A stretch of DNA of 61,880 nucleotides, filler included, from Tortispora ganteri (taxonomy: Eukaryota): assembly GCA_003707115.1 (NCBI GenBank). It is 3 parts of 3 records of this genome, joined end to end, with 100 filler letters (N's around TTAATTAATTAA, not from the genome) between each part and the next. Parts side by side here need not be neighbours in the genome. Positions count along the whole stretch, not along the records: positions 45,613 to 61,880 come from PPNB01000048.1; 2 more parts are not named here. One strand, given 5' to 3'. Position numbers and translations under genes: made by a program. Positions 54,752-61,880 of this stretch are shown in pieces. Position 1 is the stretch's first letter, and each line of letters starts with the position of its first letter. The notes under the pieces are model-generated. The model did not search any database, had not been told where the DNA came from, and saw only the letters and a list, made by a program, of their open reading frames with translations.

Positions 54752-55083
54752 TTGCTTCGTTAGTTGGTTTGCAAGTTTCGATCTGGTGTGGGTGGGCTTC
54801 AATGGTAAAAAAAGGTCAGAATTGCGAAACAGTTTAAAGCAGGGTAACTTACATAGAGCGAATCGAAACGACGTCCTATTAGGAAGTGGTTCCGCAATTC
54901 TCTTTTTTGCATTGGTAAATTAATATAATTATAGAAATTATATAAAAATATGCGTTCTTATATCTAGAGACTGAATTAGATCAACAGATAGTGTGTGGTT
55001 ATGATTTGCAGAGAATGGAGATTTCGACGTGAGATTTGATGAAGGACACAGATACGCCGAGTTCATGCACTAAAACAGATATT

Positions 55084-56145
55084 TCATACAGAAATAGCTT
55101 GTATGGTCTTACCACTTGCAAGTGCTATGTGAGAGCTGCGCGGTTCCCACGAGAGGTTGTTGAGTTCGAGTCCAGTCAAGCTTGAATATGCTAAACCAAT
55201 CTGACCCTCGGGTCGGCCAGCGGATATATCCCAGATAATACTTTGACAATCGTCGCTTGACGTAGCTATAACGTTCCTCTGAGTAGGTGCCCATTCAACT
55301 GAGTTAACAGCAGCAGAATGACCCTTTAGTTCTACTACTGGTGCTGATGGAGCTCTGATGTCAAGAATATAGACGGTGGACTCATCAGCTGCAATACAGG
55401 CAAATAAGTTAGGATCCCTTATATTTGCAGCTAGTCTGAGAAGAGGTCTGCCGCGTGGATGCTCATAAATGATAGTGGAATGGTCAAGAGATCGCAGATC
55501 GAATAAGCGTGCAGAGCCATCGGCTCCCACTGACGCGAACATGTCCACAGAATTCACAGTAAACGATACATCTAGAACTTCTTTATCATGCGCTATTAAT
55601 TGAGTGACGGCCGTTTGTGTATTCAAATCCCATATTGTACAGGTTGTATCGACTGAAGAGCTGATTAGTAAGGAAGGGTCGACGGCATTCCAGTCGAAAC
55701 TTGTCAACGGCGCAACCGAGCCATTCGATTTCATTTTCGGCATAAGCACACACTTAGTAACAATAGACTGCGTCGTTGTATCATAATTCCAAATTCTCAT
55801 AAACTCTGATGAGCTAGCAAATAGCGTATGTGTAGCTGTTTCGGTAGTATCTGGAGACCATTTCACATTAGTACAAGGGAAGTCAATTTTGGCCTCGGCA
55901 CCTCTTGTCAAATAGCATTCATGCTCTATTGTCTGTGTATCTATGATCACTATGCGATTATTAGTATCCTCAGAGTATGATCCACATGCGATCGGACCGT
56001 TGCGCGCCCAGGCCATGGCATATACAGGCCACGGCAGCTCCAAGCCTGCAGGCCCTTTACTATGTTCTAATTCTATCGGTGTTGGAGATTTAGAGCCATT
56101 ATCTATTAAAAGTGCGGCAGAAAATGACGCCCTTTTTCCAAACAT
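55084..56145 (-). CDS. WD40 protein DCAF7/WDR68 (YPL247C-like)
   Basis: APLTSFDWN, SSVDTTCTIWD, TQLIAHDKEV, ASVGADGSARLFDLRSLDHSTIIYE. Confidence 0.9.
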   Translation of the reverse strand: MFGKRASFSAALLIDNGSKSPTPIELEHSKGPAGLELPWPVYAMAWARNGPIACGSYSEDTNNRIVIIDTQTIEHECYLTRGAEAKIDFPCTNVKWSPDTTETATHTLFASSSEFMRIWNYDTTTQSIVTKCVLMPKMKSNGSVAPLTSFDWNAVDPSLLISSSVDTTCTIWDLNTQTAVTQLIAHDKEVLDVSFTVNSVDMFASVGADGSARLFDLRSLDHSTIIYEHPRGRPLLRLAANIRDPNLFACIAADESTVYILDIRAPSAPVVELKGHSAAVNSVEWAPTQRNVIATSSDDCQSIIWDISAGRPEGQIGLAYSSLTGLELNNLSWEPRSSHIALASGKTIQAISV

Positions 56146-56298
56146 GGTTGTTGCTGGAGTAACAGAGTGTAGTGTTTAGGTGGTGCTTGGAGGACGTATA
56201 GGGGGGTCACCCTTAAATCATGCACGGCCATAGTCCGCTCAGCCGCACTATCGAGCAAGAGGTCTCGCAAATGTATGTGTCATATAAGCATATATAAT

Positions 56299-57765
56299 TC
56301 ATGAAATAGCGACTTTTTCAGACGCCTTAGAGTCGCTGACATTTATGTCCTTTTTTTGTTTTGCAGCTGTAGTTCTTCGCTTTACGGCCTGAACCAGTCC
56401 CATGACCATTGGCAGCAGAACAGGCCCTATAAGCGGCAGGTATACCGCTACTTTATGCTCTTCCGGGAAATAGACTTGTTGCACCATCATCTTTTCAAAG
56501 AATGCTTTTTCGGAGCACTGTAAAGCTGCTGATGCTTCAATCAGCGCCTGGTCGTAATTTCCTGTATAGAGCAAAGATTGAGCCACGTGCAAGTGGGAAA
56601 CAGCATTAACGGCCGCTTGTAGCACAGTCTCAGGAATAGCAATATCTGGAAGTCCTTGATATATGCGACAAAGTGAATCCAATGTCGCACGAGCTTGTAT
56701 TATAGAGCGTATTGTCGACATTCTGGAGAGAGAGTCAAGGCGGAATAGCAAAGGTGTCTCTTCACCTGGCGCGCCGAGAATAGTCAGAAGCTGAGTAGCA
56801 AACACTTCAAGCACAGGCACAAGCTCAGCTTCGGTAATGACATCTGAATTCGTTTGCGGGATGTTTTTTATATATACACCTCCCCATTGTGGTACCAAAA
56901 ACGAATTTGTAGGCGAACCTGGAACGACGAGCGGAGTCATTGTCAAACCAGGAACATATAGAGCAAATCTTAGGGTAGGTTTGGAACTGGCAGCACTCAA
57001 GGCCCATTCACCAGAGCTTACAAAAGTTGACAGAGATCCGTGGTCGAGATAATGAATGCCTTCAGAATCAGCAGGCACGTTAGAAGAGAGTCCAGCGTAG
57101 TATAGCACCTGTGAATCATATGATACATTGACCACGCGAGACAACTGGTCAAATAACGGTAGCATGTAGTCACTTATAGCTGTTTCTATTTCCCACGAAA
57201 GAGGTCTACCGTCCCCAACAAGTAGCGTAAAAGCGACGTGGTAGTCAGGACGGTGAAGCACTTCCTTAGCATGACTCTGGTATCCAGTAGTGGCAGCAGC
57301 GAGCTCATTCTTGAACAGACTGAGAAGATTTTTGGCAACAGTTTCTACGGCATTATCCTCTGAGCAATGTATCACCATGATCCTCGAAAAAACATCAGGC
57401 TGTTCTATCAGCGGTGTTGCATTGGTGTCTGTGACGATTGAAAGTGTGTAAAAGTCCGGGCGAGCATCCGGTGGATTGTGAGATCTAACAGCTACTACGC
57501 GTAAATTCCAGTGAGATACACCAGATGTTTTAGAGTCTAAGATGCTCTGAACTCTAGCAAGCTGTGAATTAGCAAGACCTGCGACTTGAACGGACACTTC
57601 CACGGCAGGAATAGGAGCTGACGCTTCCGTCACGAGCATAGAAAGTGGCAATTGAGCCCTGTAAATCCAAGTAGTCCAGGCCCATAATGGCGTTCCAATA
57701 AATAGAACCGGCAATATAAATGCTAGAACCACTATCAGTCGCACGTTTGCGCTCTCGACATACAT
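56299..57765 (-). CDS. GPI17: GPI transamidase subunit PIG-S
   Basis: GTPLWAWTTWIYRAQLP, SFLVPQWGGV, SEKAFFEKMMVQQVYFPEEHKVAVYLPL. Confidence 0.92.
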   Translation of the reverse strand: MYVESANVRLIVVLAFILPVLFIGTPLWAWTTWIYRAQLPLSMLVTEASAPIPAVEVSVQVAGLANSQLARVQSILDSKTSGVSHWNLRVVAVRSHNPPDARPDFYTLSIVTDTNATPLIEQPDVFSRIMVIHCSEDNAVETVAKNLLSLFKNELAAATTGYQSHAKEVLHRPDYHVAFTLLVGDGRPLSWEIETAISDYMLPLFDQLSRVVNVSYDSQVLYYAGLSSNVPADSEGIHYLDHGSLSTFVSSGEWALSAASSKPTLRFALYVPGLTMTPLVVPGSPTNSFLVPQWGGVYIKNIPQTNSDVITEAELVPVLEVFATQLLTILGAPGEETPLLFRLDSLSRMSTIRSIIQARATLDSLCRIYQGLPDIAIPETVLQAAVNAVSHLHVAQSLLYTGNYDQALIEASAALQCSEKAFFEKMMVQQVYFPEEHKVAVYLPLIGPVLLPMVMGLVQAVKRRTTAAKQKKDINVSDSKASEKVAIS

Positions 57766-57954
57766 GAAATATCGTGTTAGTGTTGCAGTTACTAGGGGTC
57801 AAGGTAAAACAACCCACCTCCCTCTCTACTGCACTGCATTTGACTCAACTCTCACCCACATACTTAACGACACTATCAGTATATACTTTGTATTATCATT
57901 ATTTGCCGCCTACTTGGAAATATAACCGCCGCTTCTACACACATTATCAGATTT

Positions 57955-58980
57955 ATGTCGAATGCTATGCGGATTAATAGCCTTTTGGCAAATTCTGTCG
58001 ATGCTCCAGGCAGATCAACCTCGCGCGAAAGACCGAGCATTCAGTCATTGGTCAACGACAGCGACATCGAGCCTGCCGATGAACCACCTCATCATGGTCA
58101 TATAATCCCGCCAAAACTGCCTGCAGTTGGCACTCATGTCAGTTATAAGCCATATAGATATCTGAATAAACCTGTATGGGCTCATGACTGGCCTGGAAGT
58201 ATGGCTCAAGCTGCAGCTCTCGCTGGCAAACCTACACCCATGATAGACGCGACTTCCTCTTCTACAGGCGCTGCATCTATTAACTTACCCAATCCTGTGT
58301 TGCAGGCAGTGCAAAGTTGGGTCATGCACATACTTCGAGAACATTCAAACATCATACCCGAGATCGAAATTGAATTAAAAGTTGGCACTATCCTCGAAGT
58401 CGATACGCGACAACGACCAAACTTACCTGTTTCCTCTGATGCAGTCCTTGACAATTCCGGCCGTGCGTTCACTTTTGCTCCTGGTATACCTAATTCCACT
58501 CATGATGCTATTCTTTCCAAGTTAGAGGGCCTGACTGATGATCCTAGAGGAGGAGATCTCCGCGAAGTTACTACACATGTGATTGATCGGATGCACAATT
58601 CTAAAAACCCGCGGCTCAAATCAGTCAGACTAACGCATGATGCAAAATCTGATCAAATAATTGAAGCGGTCTCTAAAAAGCGTTTAGACTCGTTGTTCAT
58701 CTTTAGACCGCTCAATGCACTCGATTTCCGCATATCTGCGTCCTGGGAAATCCCGGCGCAAGCTGAAGACGCATCAGGACCGCCACTCAAAGTCAGAGAC
58801 AAATACCGCAAATCATTCATTAATGACGAAATAATCAGATATGATTGGACAAAAGTTACAGACGAAGCTCAACAGTCGATCCTCGAATTCGAAATTGAAA
58901 TCGATCCAAGCCTCTTGCAGACCGACCCCAATCGCGCAGCAGCTACACTGATCCAACGTGCGCAGGAGCTGCCAATCTAA
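57955..58980 (+). CDS. CET1: mRNA capping RNA 5'-triphosphatase (CYTH/TTM fold)
   Basis: Ceg1-binding-like PVWAHDW, motif A EIEIELKVG, KKRL, DFRIS, RDKYRKS, EFEIEI. Confidence 0.85.
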   Translation: MSNAMRINSLLANSVDAPGRSTSRERPSIQSLVNDSDIEPADEPPHHGHIIPPKLPAVGTHVSYKPYRYLNKPVWAHDWPGSMAQAAALAGKPTPMIDATSSSTGAASINLPNPVLQAVQSWVMHILREHSNIIPEIEIELKVGTILEVDTRQRPNLPVSSDAVLDNSGRAFTFAPGIPNSTHDAILSKLEGLTDDPRGGDLREVTTHVIDRMHNSKNPRLKSVRLTHDAKSDQIIEAVSKKRLDSLFIFRPLNALDFRISASWEIPAQAEDASGPPLKVRDKYRKSFINDEIIRYDWTKVTDEAQQSILEFEIEIDPSLLQTDPNRAAATLIQRAQELPI

Positions 58981-59250
58981 ATTGGTATGCATTTTAATTT
59001 TATTTACTTAATTCCAATTCACATACTGGCACTCTCTTTCTCACGAATAGCAATTGCATGTCTAAAGACCGACGGCACTTGCTCGGGGCAGCAAGATAAC
59101 CCTTATAGCCCTATGTTACTTAACCCTAACCCATTGACGCCTTTTTTTGCCTTACTAGCTAGCCTAATTATTCTATTCCATAAGGAACATCATACCGGCC
59201 ATCTTTCACCATTCACCGGACTCAACAGGTGGTGTTTATCCTTTTTTGTT

Positions 59251-60810
59251 ATGTCATTAAATGTCCATAGGCCACTTCAAGTCATTAGACTTGGTTCGAT
59301 TCATGGTATAAGGGCACAAGTGCCCGGATTGGTACCTGTTAGAACCATGATTCTTCGTTACTATTCTTCGACGGAATCGAAGGAACAGGCAAATTCGGGA
59401 TCTGAAGTTCCTCCCCCATCGCCAATAGATGTCGCTAAATTGGTTCGTAACCAGTCAAACTCCAAGCCGGTAACAAGCCCAGAAAAACCACAGACTGCTG
59501 CCCCAGCTCCCCCTGCTCCACAAGTTCACGGCGTTCTGGTTGAGGAAAAACCGAGCTCCACGCCGACCGCCGTCAGCCGAATGCCTATATCAGCGGTTCA
59601 AAAGAAAGAGGACGTCGATGCCCCGAAACCTACTCTGTGGCAGAAAGTTAAGCATGCGCTGAGTCATTACTGGGATGGAACAAAGCTTCTCGGAACAGAA
59701 ATTAAGATCTCTGTCCGTCTGGCCGTGAAGATGGCCAGTGGATATGAACTTTCAAGAAGAGAACAAAGGCAGCTTACTCGCACTACCCAAGACATGGTCC
59801 GACTTGTTCCTTTTTCTGTCTTTTTGATCGTTCCATTTGCTGAACTTTTATTGCCTGTGGCGCTAAAACTTTTCCCCAACCTATTACCTAGCACTTATGA
59901 GGCTCAATCGGAAAGGGATAAGAAGGTTGGAAATTTGAGGAAAGTGCGCGTGAATGTATCTTCATTTCTTCGCAAGACGATCGAGGAAACTGGTCTTGTC
60001 TCTGTTCCTACTATGACCGAAGTTCAGCAAGAGAAATTCCGTGAGTTTTTCCAAAAGATTCGCTCAGAAGGATCTGATCCTACTCCTGAAGAGCTCACCA
60101 CCGTCTGCCGGATATTCAAAGATGATCTGATTCTTGACAACTTGTCTAGACCACAATTAGTTGCAATGGCACGGTACATGAATCTCTCTGCTTTTGGCAC
60201 TGATTTGATTCTGCGGTACAATATTCGTTATAAACTGCGTCAGACCAAACAAGACGACCGCCAAATATTGTATGAAGGTGTTGATAATCTTTCTGTTGCT
60301 GAGTTGCAACAAGTGTGCATGTCTCGAGGTATACAGACATTTGGAGTATCTCCGGGTAAACTGCGAGATGATTTGTCCACCTGGCTGCAGTTACGCTTAG
60401 TTGAACGCGTTCCTGCTACACTGCTGGTACTATCTTCTGCCTATTTATATTCTAATGCGGTTATTCCTACCGATGGTGATTCTGCGAAATCTTACTACGA
60501 TGCTCTAACTGCTGTTTTATCGTCTATTCCTGACGAGGTATTCCATGAGACCGACTTAGAAGTTAGCAGCGCCACTGGTAGTGCTACAAATAAGCAGCGA
60601 TTAGAAGTCTTGAAGGAGCAGGAAGAGCTCATTAAGGAAGAAAACCAACAGGAGAAGGAGTCTGGACATGTCATTAATGTGAAGGATGACGCTAGTGCAG
60701 ACGACGAAGAGGTGGCCGCTGTGGCCGCTCCAGCTAAAGGTGAAGAGGAAGGCTCTAAGAAAGCGGAAGAGCCAGTTAAAGACAAAAAGGGGGATGAAGC
60801 TAAACTTTAA
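59251..60810 (+). CDS. MDM38: LETM1-family mitochondrial protein (Mdm38/Ylh47)
   Basis: HYWDGTKLL, ELSRRE, RLVPFSVFLIVPFAELLLPVALKLFPNLLPSTYE; probable ATG 59251. Confidence 0.9.
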   Translation: MSLNVHRPLQVIRLGSIHGIRAQVPGLVPVRTMILRYYSSTESKEQANSGSEVPPPSPIDVAKLVRNQSNSKPVTSPEKPQTAAPAPPAPQVHGVLVEEKPSSTPTAVSRMPISAVQKKEDVDAPKPTLWQKVKHALSHYWDGTKLLGTEIKISVRLAVKMASGYELSRREQRQLTRTTQDMVRLVPFSVFLIVPFAELLLPVALKLFPNLLPSTYEAQSERDKKVGNLRKVRVNVSSFLRKTIEETGLVSVPTMTEVQQEKFREFFQKIRSEGSDPTPEELTTVCRIFKDDLILDNLSRPQLVAMARYMNLSAFGTDLILRYNIRYKLRQTKQDDRQILYEGVDNLSVAELQQVCMSRGIQTFGVSPGKLRDDLSTWLQLRLVERVPATLLVLSSAYLYSNAVIPTDGDSAKSYYDALTAVLSSIPDEVFHETDLEVSSATGSATNKQRLEVLKEQEELIKEENQQEKESGHVINVKDDASADDEEVAAVAAPAKGEEEGSKKAEEPVKDKKGDEAKL

Positions 60811-60942
60811 AGCAAGGAGATGCTTTATATTAAGAGGGAAAAAAGTCACGAAACACCAATACAATGCCATGACCTTTCTTTATATATAGAATGTATATTT
60901 AACTAATACTGCTCATTTCTAAAAGGGCGTCTACAACAGGCA

Positions 60943-61374
60943 CTATTTGCCAGTAGATCCAAATCCACCAGCACCGCGAACAGATTCAGGCAACGAGTCA
61001 GCTTCTAATACTTCCGCGTCCGGTACGATCTTTTCGAGAATAAACTGCGCTACTCTGTCGCCTACAGCGATCGGATAATCGGTGTCTGAGTGGTTGAATA
61101 GTAGCACTTTGATTTCGCCCCGGTAATCTGCGTCTACAACACCAGCAGCTGTATCGATAGAGTGCTTAGCGGCCAGGCCTGAGCGTGGAGCAACACGTCC
61201 ATATGTGCCGTAAGGAATCGCAACGGCTATGCCTGTAGGAACGCCTATGATACCGCGAGCAGGGACCACAGCTGCCTCAGCTGCGTACAGGTCATATCCA
61301 GCTGCTAACTCACTTCCCTTAGTAGGCAGCTTGGCCGTGTCTACAAGTCTTTTGACAAGAAACTGAGAAGACAT
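60943..61374 (-). CDS. DUT1: dUTPase
   Basis: [34 protein letters not shown]. Confidence 0.97.
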   Translation of the reverse strand: MSSQFLVKRLVDTAKLPTKGSELAAGYDLYAAEAAVVPARGIIGVPTGIAVAIPYGTYGRVAPRSGLAAKHSIDTAAGVVDADYRGEIKVLLFNHSDTDYPIAVGDRVAQFILEKIVPDAEVLEADSLPESVRGAGGFGSTGK

Positions 61375-61408
61375 ATTATTTTTATTAGGCGTAGTACGAG
61401 GTTAAAAA

Positions 61409-61430
61409 ACGCGTAAGTAGTAGAACGCGT
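61409..61430. promoter_or_regulatory. two MCB (ACGCGT) elements upstream of DUT1
   Basis: ACGCGT at 61409-14 and 61425-30. Confidence 0.55.
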
Positions 61431-61542
61431 TAGTCGTATAGTGCGAAAGCCAATTATAAAGATTCCGGCCTTTTGATTGGGTAATGGGTGTTTCCTGGCA
61501 GCATCACTATCGTCCCCGCTGCCATCTTTCTCCGACAAGCAA

Positions 61543-61880
61543 ATGGACCAAACTAAACGAATTCTCTCGATTCAATCACATGTAGTTCATGGATACGTGG
61601 GAAACAAGGCTGCTACTTTTCCGTTGCAACTGCGAGGGTGGGATGTTGATGCTCTAAACACCGTCCAATTCTCAAACCATACCGGTTACGGAAGGTTCGC
61701 AGGTGAAAAGGCATCGCCAGATCTGATCCGTAGTATCCTTGAAGCCCTACAAACAAGTCATCTAAACTCCTATGAGGCTATATTGACTGGTTATATGCCA
61801 GGAAGCGAAGCTCTTGTTGTAGTTCTAGAACTTGTCCAATCCCTCAAACAACTCAAACCAGAAATCTGCTTAGTAGTCGA
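61543..61880 (+). CDS. BUD17: pyridoxal kinase, partial (runs off window)
   Basis: MDQTKRILSIQSHVVHGYVGNKAATFPLQLRGWDVDALNTVQFSNHTGYG. Confidence 0.88.
   Translation, partial: MDQTKRILSIQSHVVHGYVGNKAATFPLQLRGWDVDALNTVQFSNHTGYGRFAGEKASPDLIRSILEALQTSHLNSYEAILTGYMPGSEALVVVLELVQSLKQLKPEICLVV

Noticed and set aside
58987..59250. 88-codon upstream extension of MDM38
   Set aside because: Begins 6 nt after the CET1 stop and spans promoter-like telobox sequence; the targeting-peptide-like region starts at ATG 59251.

Overview
Gene-dense eukaryotic DNA from a budding yeast, most likely an early-diverging Saccharomycotina lineage (inferred from epimerase-only GAL10 outside a GAL cluster, human-type Dpm1, retained SPF30 and BRD8-like genes, short introns with CTAAC branch points, and CTG at conserved Leu positions, i.e. 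standard code). The window is three contigs joined by two artificial 100-nt linkers (N44-TTAATTAATTAA-N44). It holds about 40 mostly housekeeping protein genes. Features missing or incomplete in the ORF track are a 3-exon DAD4, the first exons of DPM1 and a DUF676 lipase, and a partial pyridoxal kinase. It also holds an intron-containing tRNA-Leu(UAG) and four box C/D snoRNAs identified from boxes plus rRNA-complementary guides. Most notable: the 5' leader of SEN34 contains two back-to-back introns with no exon between them (TTTTAG|GTAAGC, a zero-length exon or recursive splice site). Each intron carries a C/D snoRNA, and two of their guides match 18S sites modified in vertebrates/plants but not, to my recollection, in S. 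cerevisiae. Also notable are a divergent snR48-like/snR56 pair around a Tbf1-type site, and an ultra-compact DAD4/SPF30/HAD cluster (28 bp between divergent ATGs; same-strand ORF overlap). All homology calls come from recalled motifs; no database search was run.
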